From Mobula hypostoma (lineage: Eukaryota): a stretch of DNA of 64,000 bases. A program made the position numbers and the translations under genes. The stretch spans positions 24,056,001 through 24,120,000 of the forward strand of contig NC_086106.1 in assembly GCF_963921235.1 (NCBI RefSeq), given 5' to 3'. Shown here one piece after another: positions 24,717 through 37,600 of this stretch. The notes beneath the pieces were generated by a model. It searched no databases and was not told the origin of the DNA. It saw only the letters and a list, made by a program, of their open reading frames with translations. Every line of letters starts with the position of its first letter. The first letter of the stretch is position 1.

Positions 24717-26520
24717 TGTCAGGAATACTTTTGGCCCTTCCCCTTTAACGCTCCTTCCTCCCTGATTATGCCCTAATTTCATCCATTAGTTTTCCTATTG
24801 CTGTTAGTTTACTTAATTACAATATACCTGGTTTGTATCAGAAACTGTGAAATAAGTACGATGGCGTCAATACACAGGTTGCCAATTTGCTGGTCTATAG
24901 TTGTGTGATACTTTGTTCTCTTGTCCGCTGAGAACGTTAGTTCTAGTTTAGTTCCAAGTTCTGCACTAGTTTCAAGATAGTCCCTGTAGATCCAGTCTCC
25001 TTGTCAAGATTCCTCCGGTTTGCTGTTCTACATTCACGACTACGCCATCTTCCCCAACTCAGTCGACGTGCCGCTGTCCTGCACATGGGTTCTCCTCAGT
25101 CGCCACGTGCAATAGAACGAACTGGCTAGCACGAACACAGCGGACACGAATACTCTGCAACAAGCACTCGCCAGTCAGGGTTCTCTACTGGGCTTGCACG
25201 ATCTGCTGCTCCAGGAAGTCATGGAAACTCTCCGTTCCCGGTCAGTAGACGTAAGAAAGGTCAGTGAACAGGTCGACTGAGTATCCACACATATTACCCT
25301 GTCGACTCCAGGAATTCCGTCTGACCAGACCATACAGCCTGAAGCGTCCATGACACGTCCACTGAGAGAGCCGCACGTCCCTGAACCAGAATCCTACACT
25401 GGAGATCTTGGGAAGTGCCGGGCTTATCTGCTGTAATGCTCCTTGTTGTTCTAGCAGCAGCCATACATGTCCGCCACGGACAGATCTAACATAGCTTATA
25501 TTATGGGGTTGGTACAAGGAAATGGGTTAACGTGAGCCACCGCAATTTGGGATATTCAGACAGACACCTCCTTTTCCTTCCCCACCTTCGTCTCTGGAAT
25601 AAGGAATGTTTTTGACTATCCCGTCCGCGGTTAGGATGCCGCTAAGCGTCTACTCACCCTCCATCAAGGCTCGCGTAGTGTTGCAGAATGCCCTGTGGAG
25701 TTTCGGACACTACCGGCCGACTCGAGCTGGAATGATGAGGCTCTCCAGGAGGTGTTTCGGCAAGGCCTCTGTGATATGGTAAAGGACTAGTTGGCGGCTA
25801 GGGATGACAATAAGTACCTGGATTTATTGACCTCCCTAGCCTCCAGGCTAGACAGCCGACTCCGAGAACATCAGAGGGAGAGAACCGGTCATCCTACTCC
25901 TTTGGCCACCCCCACGGTATGCTTTACCATCTAATACCAGTCCCAACCTCTCTCCTCCTCCGTCTCTTAGAACAGAATCAGGCCCGGCCGTTTCCACCAC
26001 CACGGGAGAGGAACCAATGAAGCTGGGACGGAGCCCTCTTTCTCCCTCGGAGTGACTCCGGAGATTAAGAGCAGAATATTGTTTCTATTGCGGTCAGTCT
26101 GGCCATTTTCGTGCTACCTGTTCACAACGGCCAAAAGGCAGGGCTCACCAGTAGAAAGGGGGACCCTGGTGAGTCACATTACATTCCCTTTTGTCTCCCG
26201 GTCCCATTGCAAGTCCAGGCCACTGTAAGCTACAACCAACAGTCCCTGTCCTTGTCTGCCTTGATAGACTTCGGTGCTGATATGACTCTGTTGATTGAAA
26301 ACATAGCTTCTGAGGCCGGAAGTCCTCAGGAGCTGTTGAGTAACCCTCTGGAAGCCCGGGCTGTGGACGGAAAACCTCTGATCCGCGTCACTCACTGTAG
26401 CCCATCACTGTCTTTGGTTCTCTCTTGGAACCATCGGGAACAGTTACAATTTAACTTAGTTTCCTCTCCTCAAGCTCCTGTAGCTCTTGGTTACCCCTGG
26501 TTAAGCCGCCATAATCCTTA
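24717..26520 (+). mobile_element. Sushi-like chromovirus, copy 1, 3'-truncated (LTR 24717-25114, gag, protease)
   Basis: TGTCAGG..GTGCAATA LTR preceded by CTTTC; gag; ALIDFGA protease; colinear with 41430-43035; cut at 26520 by another Gypsy. Confidence 0.88.
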
Positions 26521-29500
26521 TGTACGGGGCTTTCTTTTTTTTATGTTAAATCTAAAATGTCTTCTTTGTTGTGTTATACTGGGGAATGCTTCTTTGTTAT
26601 GTTAAATGCTGAAAAAGTCTCTAGCTAGACAGTTGCTTGGGATAATACAAATAGCAGGGTGCTATTAGGCAACGGGTGGTCATGTATCGTTTTGTTTTCG
26701 GATAATGCTGTATCATATGACTGTGTACGGGGTTTTTGTCGGGGGCTGGGAGTCGGAGGAGAGCTGAGAAGGATGGCGGACGTGCGGAGAGGCTCCAGCC
26801 GATCATTCCGGGTGGTCCCGAGCCGTGAGTCGACAGGATTCAGGTGGTCGTCCGGAATCGATTGAGCTCCAACGGTTGCGCGCGAAGAACTTGGACTTTG
26901 ATAAGTCTTGGCGTTTTTTTTTTCATTACTTCCTTTTCCTTATTGAATTTATATTAATGCCATATAATTAGCAATATCTATAAAGTGTACTTGGTAAAAT
27001 GTACTGGGTGTGCTGGCAGAAGATTGATGTTTGGCATTGATTCGTGCGGCAACCAACTCCGTGGGAAACGTTGAGGCAGATGCTAGGTGGGATTTCCCCT
27101 AGACATATACATGCCAACATAACTGAGCATTACAGGTAGGGGCTACCGTCCGGATCTTGATTTCCGGTAAGGCTGTATAGTCGTCGCGTTAATCGTGCGA
27201 AGATGGATGGAAATAAGATTGTAAGTTGTTGTGAATTAGAGGATTTACCGCTGAATCATGCGTGCGTGCTAAGTAAGGTGGATTTTTGCATTTCGGCAGA
27301 TGTACAAGTGCGAGGGTTGAGTTTGATTAAAGGAATCGGGCAGGTAGAACTTATAGCTAGAAGGTGTGGGAAAGAACTGGAGTCAAACTGGATGTTGGCT
27401 CGGACAAGTGCCGACGTCATGACGTTGGAACTATCAGCGACAGTCCAAGTACATGGGGAGGCGGGGCCGTGCGGTCTCCACAACCTCCCGGAGGACGAAA
27501 GTGAGGAGGTGCCGGAGGAGGAGCTAGGTGAGGCCCCAGGGGAGGTGCCAGCAGCCAGGTGTGGAAGCGTGGAGTGGGAAGGCTTGGCCAAGCCCCGTCC
27601 CCCAGTTAGGCATGAGACCTCCGAGTAGCGGCTGCCATTACCTCCCGGGGGAGAAAGGTTGAGGGGCCCCGCCCGAATCTCAGAATTTTCTCAGGAGCCA
27701 GTCCCACCCCTGAAGGGGAAGACGAATATGAGGCATGGATTGAGAATACGTCCCAGTTGTTAGAGGTGTGGTCAGTTTCCAATGAGGAAAAGAGACAGCG
27801 ATTGGTGGAAAGCTTAAGGGGCGGCGCGGCCAGTGTAGTCCACGAGTTGAGAGCGGAACGCCCTTCGGCTTCCCTGTCGGAGTGTTCGGACGCTTTGGAG
27901 GAAGTGCTTGGACTGCCAGGAGAGCCCTGGCAACATTTAGCGGAATTACAACAAATGTGGCAGAGAAGAGGGGAAAAGCTCTCAGAATACATTTCCCGGC
28001 TGGAAGGGAAGCTTAAGGGGCTGCGGCACCGAGGGGTAGTAAAGGCGGACGAGGTGGCGAAGTTGAGGGTGAGCCAGGTATGCAGAGGTTCCCAGGAGGA
28101 TGACAGGGTGGCTTGGAGTATCCGACAGTCATATAAGAGGAGCCCCCCCCCCCCCCCCTCGATCATTCGGGCCGCTGATTAGAGAGTACGGGCGGAAGAG
28201 AGTACTTCGGGCAGAACAGAGGACTCGGGTCCTCGGGGACGGTCTTCAGCGGTTCAGGAGGTGGTGGCCGGGTTGAGATCAGAGAAATCCAAGGGGTCCC
28301 GGGGGTGGGGGCGTACCGGGAGGAGAGAGGCGGCGGGAAGCGGTGCTATAACTCTGGGAGGGAGGGGCATTTCCGGCGGTAATGTGAGTGGCCGGGGTTG
28401 TGCTGCAGCTGTGGGGAAGCGGGTCACTTGCGGAGGGATCATGAGAGACGAGATGCTCCGCGAGGGCGGGGGGAGCGGGGGGCGGGGGGTGGCGGGCCAC
28501 TAAGAAGGGAGAGGTGTCGGGAAACTTAGGAGAGGTTCAGTGCGGGAACGAACTGGAGACTCAGGAGGAATACGTTCACAGAAAGCAGCCATGGAACCCC
28601 AGAAAGGTCAAGCGCTTATTCCGGATGGACTGGTGGGACCCCGTTCCAGCGAGTCCCTACGGATAAAGGGAATCTTTCCGAAAGCCATCCTTGACAACGG
28701 ATCGCAGGTTACCTTACTGTACTGGTCGTTCTACAGCAAGTATCTGAAGCAATTGTCAGTAACCCCGTTTAATGCACTGGAGATTTGGGGCATAAGTGTC
28801 GGTGATTACCCGTACGATGGGTACCTGTTAGTGAGATTGGAATTTTCGGAGGGCGATGTGGGAGTGTCGGAAGACTTTGAGACGCTGGTTGTGGTTTGTC
28901 CGGACCCGGTGGAAACCGGTGGCGCTGCCCTGCTAGTGGGGACTAACTCCACTCTAGTGCGACGGCTCTTGGCAGCCTGTAAGAAGAAGGCGGGGGAGAA
29001 CTTTCTGGAGACCCTCTCGGTACACCCAGTGTTTCGAGAGGTGTACGAAGGAGTGGGTGACCCCCAGGGGCTCGATCCTGAGCGAAAACGAGGGAAGGTG
29101 TGGTGCACACAGACGAGGCCTAAGGTGATACGGCCATGGGAGGCGGCAATAGTGATGGGGACCCCCAGATTCCATGCAGTACCGGCGGGCGAGGTCCTGC
29201 TAGTAGATGCCCCGGACGACCTGGACGGGGATTCCCGTTTCCCGGCCGGGACGCTGGTGAGCCCTGAATGCAGAGGCCCTCAGCTGTACCGGCACGGAGG
29301 ACGGGGGTGATGGTAAGGAACCTAACGGAGCTGGAGATCACCTTTAAGCGCGGGATGCCCCTTGCGCACTTGCTCCCGGTGACGGTGATGTCTAGCGCCC
29401 CTCTTGAGGCCAACTGGAGGAAAACTATTGCAGAACTTTGGGCTGACCCAGGAGGCCTTTAATTTTGAAATCTCCTCGGTACCGCCGGAGTATAAGAGCA

Positions 29501-31320
29501 GGCTGGTGGAGAAGATGCTGAAGCTAGGGGACGTCTTTTCTCAGGGCGGGTTTGATTTGGGATGTTGCAAAAGCACTCGGCACACTGTCCGGGTGACAAC
29601 TGACACTCCATTTAGAGAAAGGTCGGGGCGGTTGGCCCGAGTAGATTTGTAAAATGTGCGGCAGCACTTGCGGCAGATGAAGGATGCAGGGATTATCGCG
29701 AAGTCCCGAAACCCCTATGCGTCCCCCATAGTGGCGACAAGGAAGAAAAATGGGAAGGTACGCATGTGCGTGGACGATAGGACCCTGAACCTGCGCACGG
29801 TTCCCGACGAGTATACGGTCCCCAGGGTGGAAGACGCATTGGCCTGATTAAGTGGGGCGCAGTGGTTTAGTGTATTGGATTTGTGGAGTGGGTATTAACA
29901 GATTCCGATGAGTGAGACTGTTAAAGAGAAAACGGCCTGTATCTGCCCCCTGGGATTTTCCCAGTTTGAACGAATGCCCCAAGGCATATCGGGGGCCCCA
30001 GGCACATTCCAGCGGCTCATGGAGAGGACAGTGGCACATAATCTTGCGAAATGGGGTGGCCACTGATCCGGCTAAGATAGCCACAGTAACCACCTGGCCG
30101 AGACCTCAGAAGGTGCGCGCCTTATGCTCGTTTTGGGGGTTTTGCGGATATTACCGGCGATTCGATAAAGGATACGCGAAAATTAGTCACCCATTGAACC
30201 AGCTGTTGTGAGGTTATCCACCTGTGGGGAGGAAAAGGAAGGTAGACCGAGGGTTGAAGGTCGAAGGATAATTGAACTCAGGGGAGCCTTTTGGATAGAG
30301 GTGGGATGCTCGATGTGAGGAGGCGTTTCAATCTCTAAAAAGGCCGCTAACACAGGCCCCACTGTTGGCTTTTGCTGATCCCTGGAAGCCGTATGTTCTA
30401 CACACTGATGCCAGTCGTGAGGGTCTGGGGGCTGTCCTGTACCAGGAACAGGGCAACGGACTGAGGCCGGTAGCGTTTGTCAGCCGGAGTTTGTCGCCAT
30501 ATGAGAGAAACTATCCCACTCACATGCTGGAGTTCTTAGCGTTGAAATGGGCGGTGGTGGACAAGTTGAGTGACGATCTATACGGGGCCCAGTTTCAGGT
30601 GAGAACTGAAAACAATCCCTTCACTTATATCCTGTCCTAGGCAAAGCTGGACGCTACTGGGCACCGGTGGTTAGCGGCCTTGTCTGCCTGTGAGTTCAGC
30701 CTGAGGTACCGCCCGGGGAGTCGGAACATCGCTGCAGATGCTCTATCTCGTCGGGCGCACAACGAGTAGGGCACGTCTAAGGAGTTGAAGAGTGTCCCTG
30801 CCCCGGGAGAACAGGCCATGTGTCAAGTTGGGAGTGACGGGGAAATAGAAGCCCCGATGGGAACGGATCGGGCAGTAGATCAACTGGGGGTGACGATGAC
30901 GCGATACTCACTGTTTACTGTAATGTGACTGCTCTGAGCAACAGGCAACTGCCGGAGTTGAGCCACCAGGAAGTGGGGGCGGCTCAGCGTGATGACCCGA
31001 GCATTGACACTATCTGCTACGCGGTTAGACAGGGTGATATGGACCAGGTGGAGAAGGCGAAGCCTCCCTCCATTCTCCTACTACTGAAGGAGTGGCCTCG
31101 GTTGAAGCAGAAGAACCACGTCTTGTACCGGGTCACGTCGTTCCCTTACCACCTCTGGCGCTGGCAGCTGGTCATGCCTGGGACGTATCGGAAAACGGTG
31201 CTCCAGGCACTACATGATGATTCCGGGCACTTAGGGGTAGAGAAGACGTATGGATTACTCAAGGACTGTTTTTACTGGCCCTGGATGAGGGCATAGGGGA
31301 GAAGTGGGGGAATACTGTAA
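26521..31320 (+). mobile_element. Gypsy element with PNMA-like gag, 3'-truncated inside integrase
   Basis: LTR 26521-27134 (TGTACGG..TTACA); degenerate Pro PBS; gag with FSGASPTPEGEDEYEAWIE..KRQRLVESLRG; CYNSGREGH knuckle; ILDNGSQ protease; RT; RNase H (LHTDASREGLGAVL); IN HDDSGHLG..YWP. Confidence 0.9.
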
Positions 31321-32884
31321 ACTGTATAATTATGGATGCAGGATGAGTGTGTATTTGCGTGCAACAGATCAGCTGGAATATTTCTTGAGCAAAGAAGACA
31401 ATGACAATCAGTACCACAGAGAAACGGGAATGTGTTGGGAACGAGAAAGAAACATACACGTGTTTCCCTGTGAGAACATCACGATGCATGCGAATAGATG
31501 GATGGTGGAACCGTTGCAGTATAGCACCATCAAATTATTCGGCTCTTTTTCCAGACCGGAGTGTCAACTGTGACGGATGTGCCGGTATACTGCTTGAAGT
31601 GTTCGTGATTGATAATTCTGGATTGCCACTATTTCTTGATCATTGTCTACGACAACACAACGGCAAAAGCACATTGGCACCATTAGATCTCAGAAAACAG
31701 AGCAATCTAAGTATTTCAAATATCCGTGGCTCGATTGCAAATAATCTAAATAAAGATTTCATAACACAATTATATGCAACGTTACAGCCAGGCTGAATTT
31801 AAGAACTACCGATACCTCCAACAGTGATCAAGTTGTGGCAGGAAAGAGGTACAGTTGGTGGTTTCTGACTTGTCTCTGCAAACATGGATTCACTAGTTGG
31901 TTGCCTCGATTCGAAGATTTCCGTGCAGTATGACGATTGGGTCTACTTGTTTGAAACGATTTTAAGTAAAGGGTAAACACACGGAAGTATATCAGATAAA
32001 AAGGCACAATCCAAACGTCGTGTTTGCATAACTTGAATATCCTTCACGGAAACAAAAGAGGGTGCGGTCTTAATTTGTCAGCAAATAAGTTTAAAGGCGA
32101 ATCGCACCGCGAGTTTTTTTTTCATCTGCAAAGAACATGGTTACTATCTCTAAATCGCAGTCAGAGAGGGTGATATAAAGTGGTCCAGCTTCTGTAGTTA
32201 AGGTAGTTAATTTGACAAAGGAAAGAGCATACGAAGATGGAGTCGGGAAAGAATGACATAAAAAAACAAGTTTGTCTGATCGTGAGGGGCTGAAACTACC
32301 GTTTCTTTGCTGTAGTTTGCTTGGAGTCTCTGAGTCTTATGAAATTTTGCCAAATTAATTTGTGTACAATGAAAACATGAATCAAGCTGAGCCGACATGG
32401 AATGAACTGGAACTCTAGAACTTCCTCCGTGCAGCTTGTCTCTTCAACATAGTCTGCAATGGTTGGTTTCCCTCCTAAAGACGGTACCAGACACATAGCT
32501 TTGGGTTTTACAAACAGAAAGAAAATCCACTCCGTTATTTAGTGCGAGATTATATGAAGGAATTTCTGATCATACCGTCTTTGCCGTTGAGTCTTACATA
32601 CAGCCCAATCGTTAGTTCTGAGGAAGTAACTTATGGGCGGTCTCGCCCAATCTGCCAACTTTCAGTTGATTGGCTGTGTTGAGGAACAAAGCATTAGTAC
32701 AGGATTGGAAGAGTTCATAAAAGGAGTTGATTGGTGGACTATGAGAAGCTAAGAGCGGCATATTAAGTTGATAAGACCAATGGCATCTTAACAAACGAGC
32801 GTGCACGCCGGTCGAACCACAGATTAAACTTGTTTGAGAATAACATTGTTTCGTTGCAAATTTATAGTGAACGGATACACTGAC

Positions 32885-32930
32885 ATGCGGGTCCAATATT
32901 TGTTTCTTTTTGCTGCAGCGCTTCTGATTG
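32885..32930 (+). CDS. TRAV: TCR alpha/delta V segment 2, leader exon
   Basis: MRVQYLFLFAAALLI-G; 46 nt; GTAAG donor. Confidence 0.93.
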
Positions 32931-33132
32931 GTAAGTTTCTCGACATATTGTAAACCGCCGTTCTCAACATGCTGAACAGAATAATCCATAATTGAATATC
33001 AGTAACACAACATTGATTATGGGATGAAATGATTTGGGAGCACGAAAGTAAAAGGTTACGATTTGGAGTTATGCGAGCAGAATATTTATATTTCTTGATT
33101 GAAATTTTAAAATTATTTTTGCACTATGACAG

Positions 33133-33439
33133 GACATTGCCGAGGCGACGCTGTTTATCAATCACCTGCTGTCATGAACGTTGCGGAAGGGGAAGTTGCA
33201 GTGTTAAACTGCAACTATACAGCTACAAGCACGAGCACCCCCGTATTAATCTGGTACCGTCAGTATCCTAGAGGTTCTCTGGAGTTGCTTTTGGTCCGTT
33301 CGAAATTCGACAACCTCCAAGACAATATTCCCCGACAACGGTTCACGGCACAGCTGAATGATTCGAGCAGAACCATCCCACTGACAGTATCAGAAACACA
33401 TCTAGGAGACACTGCCATGTATTACTGTGCTCTGAAGCC
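33133..33439 (+). CDS. TRAV: TCR alpha/delta V segment 2, V exon (open)
   Basis: HCRGDAVYQSP..LNCNY..LIWYRQYPRG..DTAMYYCALKP; conserved C, W and C; no stops. Confidence 0.95.
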
Positions 33440-33478
33440 CACAGGGGTACAGAACTAGTCTGAACCTGTACAATAACT
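33440..33478 (+). other. 23-RSS of V segment 2
   Basis: CACAGGG, 23-nt spacer, ACAATAACT. Confidence 0.92.
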
Positions 33479-34327
33479 AGTTTAATTCTCTAGTGGCTGC
33501 TCAGTGTAACTGCGTCTTTCTGAGCCTCCGTAGGTCCGAGGTCGATCAGTATATGTCCAAATTTCAATATATTTCCGGAGATTATTATCCAATGGATTGA
33601 GTCGTCTTCAGCCTATTACTCTTCTATCTGTTCCAGTGGAGGTGCAGCCAGCAAAATCCAATCTCTAGGCTTTCAAACGACAAAGGAAACGACGACCTTC
33701 CATTTTTTTTTCGCTCACCTATTTCGAAGTAGAGCCTTTTCCCCTTGCATTGAGGTGGATGAGGATTCTGGAGTGAAATGTCGTTTATTCTCCAATATAC
33801 TACTGTGTTAAAATATCACATTTCCCGCAAGTTATTACCACTTGCAGTTTTTAACATGCAAACCTATTGTTTTACTTGCTTTACTTCCATTATTTTTTTT
33901 CAAAGCTATACCACAGCGTCCTCGTATGGTTTACTAAGTAACTGCATTCTAACATTGCTGCGGTGTTCACAACAATTACAATGAACCCAAGGCGCTGGGT
34001 GCTTTTGTACAGGACGAAATTGAATTGTAATTTACCGCTCTTCCTCACTGAGCCAATCGAGGAAGATGTAGCTTACTGAGCGAGCTTTTTTTCATTCCAA
34101 AGAATTGCACAGCTAAGTTCTCTCGTTTCAGGAAATAACATTAACACCATTCATAACACCATACAAAAAAAAAAAATCTGTGTGATGAGTAACATAAATA
34201 CTGTGGACAATTTAACGAGGAATGGGTAACGTGAACACCGAACACTTTTCCATGAAAAGAAAATAGGTTAATGGCAAGGCTTGCCAAAGTGTCAGTGATA
34301 TGAGCAGTTGAAATCCATTGATATATA

Positions 34328-34640
34328 CAGTCAAGTCAAGTGAAATTTATTCATAACACACATTTAAAAAAAACATGTTGACAAAAGTGCTGTACAAACC
34401 ATAACACATAGGTAAAATCCAAAAATATAGCAAACACAGATATAAGCAACAAGGCACTCACCTTATAGGCACAAATTAAACCAAACAAGAGCCTAGGAAC
34501 AAGCCAAAACTGAGCCACATCAGGAAGCTTCAAAAGCTAGTGAATAAAGGTAAGTTTTGAGCCTGGACTTAAAGAGTCAATTCAGGGGGCAGATCTGATA
34601 GGAAGAGGAATGCTGTTCCAAAGTCTAGGGGCTCCAATAG
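34328..34640 (-). mobile_element. L2-like LINE 3' end
   Basis: (CAAGT)n tail on + and reverse-strand FKSRLKTY-type terminus. Confidence 0.6.
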
Positions 34641-37600
34641 CATATCATGCTGTAATGTTATGTGCAGACTTTGCGCTGAAATTATGATAAACATTATGTA
34701 CAAGAAGTTTTATCTTCTGATGATCATGTATGTTATGATGTGGACCTTGACAACTGCAAATTCGAAAGGGTGCTGCTTTGCTCTAAAAAATCGGTAAAAT
34801 TATCATCAACAACATCAACATGAAATTGTTGTGGGATTAGTGAAGCTATTTTGCCCCGTTAATTAGAGCCCAAAAAGTAAATTAATGAGCCTTGCGGGCC
34901 TTTGCACTATATTTGCGAGTTTTAGTCTTACCGGAAGTCATTATCCCTGCACATTATTTTTAAGAATGTCTTTTTTTTTAATTTTGACGAGCACAGGTTT
35001 CCACATTTTATGGTTAATTCAAGGCAAATGCTGATAAGCGCTGATTGCAAATCATTTTGTTTCGGAAATGATCAACTCCGATCGTTCCTCGGTCAAGCCA
35101 CTGGTGGTCTGTCGGAATGCCCTTTAAATAAACTGTTGCTTCTTTGGCTACATGTTGGTTCTCCGCACAAGGGTCCGTTATTTTTCAGCACATACTGGAA
35201 CTGTAAATTCGGAAATGTGACATGGATAAATATTTTTCGAGGTGTGATGATCTTATTTAAAGACAGTTTACCTCGTGGAATGTTGACTGCTGTAATCTCA
35301 ATTGTGGATGGAGTTAATATTTTATGACCCTTTTATGTCTCAACCATTGTCAACAGTTTAATAAAGGCAAGCTTGAGATAGATTTTTATTTGGTAACCAG
35401 AAAAATATATATTGTTACATTGTAATATGAAAATAAGATATGTACCAATGTTTCAGAGATTAGTTTAAACATGAACTTTGGTTTGAGGAACATTGCGTAC
35501 ACATGGCTGAACAATTAAGTTTAGAAGTACAAAATTAATAAATTTAATAAAGAAGTCACCTGTTTTAATTCATTATGGCTGGTGTAATTTCAACAAAGTA
35601 TAAGCAATGTGAGCATTATGAACGTTACAGTGACCGTGTCTGTACGAGGACGAACATAATCTAGTTAATTTATTTGAAGCCCGTAAGGTGAAATCTAAGT
35701 CCATGGAGTTCCGTGTAATGTGACAATTAATGAGTTGTAAATCCTACCAAAAATTCTGTATTTTAAAAGACTTTATAGGTAGTAGAATAATATGGAAAAA
35801 GGGTGGTGATAATGCAAATCGTGGAAAATACTTTGTCATCCCTACTTCAGGCGACGAACGTTCTTTAAAATATGTCCTAACATGGTTTAATAAGACTAGT
35901 TATTATATATCTGCCCACTGGGAAAAGAGCAACAGCGCCCAGTAGAAGCCTCGGGAATTTTAAGTGTGACGTAAACAGAGAAAATAAACATTATTTCTAA
36001 TAAGTAGGGACTGAGCCACCACCGAGGATAAAATGAAGAACATCCGTTTTACTTCACCCCATATGTCATGTCATCAAACCTCACTGGGTCATGTAACGAC
36101 GAAAAATGGAAGTGCTTTCGGAGATTCTTCGTTTTCAGCAGCCGACAATGTTCTCCTTGTTTTCCTAAGTCTCTCCAGGTCTCATAATACAGAATGACTT
36201 GCAAGTAAATTAATCATTAGTTAAGTTGAGTGTATTATGATTGGCACTCTGAACACATCTTCTGAGATGTAAATACATATGGCGAATCGCAATCGTCTCT
36301 CAACCCCAAAATAACCAAACCGTATACGTTTCTACTTCTTAGTAAATTGCAAAAAAAAAAAATCAACGAAAACCGCATTATGAAAAGGTTTGGAATACAG
36401 TGTTGTGAGCCAATACGAAGCTTCCATTTAATCAGACGTTGGAAGGAGTATGGAGCTTCATCTGAGACTGATCGTGTTTTGCTCACAACAACGCCACAAA
36501 AAAAAAAAAACTCTTTACTTCTCTGATTCCGCCAATCGGCTTTGTGTCTCGAATCTATCAATCCCTCACCGTTTCATTTTTCCACTATACAACCAATTAA
36601 CCTAAAGCTGTGAGATCGGATAAGGGCGGTTGTAAGTTACGTCTTCCGAGTTGACAATGATGCTGTATAAAAGAGACAAAGAGAAAGATAGAAGAGGGAG
36701 AATCAACCTGACAAAATGTCGTAGGAACAGTCTGAGCTCATGTTTCTTTTAGTGAATGTCAACATATAAGTTACCAATGCCCCATCTAAGTGATAAATCG
36801 ACTATTACGGACTTAGAGGAGGAAATAGTCTCACTAAGAGATTTTTGGATGTCGATTACACACCAATTGGCTGCAGAGTTTGCTTAACTAAATATTCAAT
36901 AATGAGATTGTCAAAAACTCATAAGTGTCAATAAGTATCAATAAGTATCATATAGTTAAAACGTATTATGGCAAAGAAACCGGAAATGCTGCCCACCACA
37001 ATCAGCTGCAACGTTTTTTTTTTATCGACCCTGCTCAATTTCACCGTTGTACATAATGAAAACACCATGTCTATTTTACCTACCAGTGCTCTTGAAACAT
37101 TTGTTTATATAGCCCTCCCTGGCAGCATGTCAGAGATATGAAACACACTCTGAACTAAGAAAAATAAGAGATACACTTCAGTTCTCTTTGAAATATTCAT
37201 CTTATCAGCTTAAAGATACGAAACATACGCCCCAATGTGTTCAACAATTAGCAAGCATGCGATGATATATTTTTACACTCCTGCTATCGCTGATATTTTG
37301 AAATATGATTTGTCACTTTACCCTAGTGTTCCTGCAGCTTCAAACAAAAAACAGGCTTAACACATCGATTGTGACTCGGCCCTAAGTTCTCCTGATGAAA
37401 AGAACATTGCAGGCAGTCCAATTTTACGTAAAACAAAAAAAGACGACGGGGGCAAATTACTGGAAGCAAAATACAGACTCCTGTGCAATGCCTTATGATT
37501 CAATGTTCAAAAACCCTTAAACTCTAAGGAATATCATAAACGTGTCCGATAGAACAATCTGCGTGATATATCACAGGTGGATGGTTATACAGTACTCACC

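Larger units (their letters stand above)
11924..31644 (+). repeat. Tandem segmental duplication, copy 1 (V cassette)
   Basis: Colinear with 31646-49101: shared V gene, flanks, CR1s, inverted L1 and sushi LTR, about 85% identity in unique sequence. Confidence 0.9.

Noticed and set aside
35260-35320. Minus-strand J-like end (..VNIPR-G|GTAAAC)
   Set aside because: Lacks FGXG and RSS.
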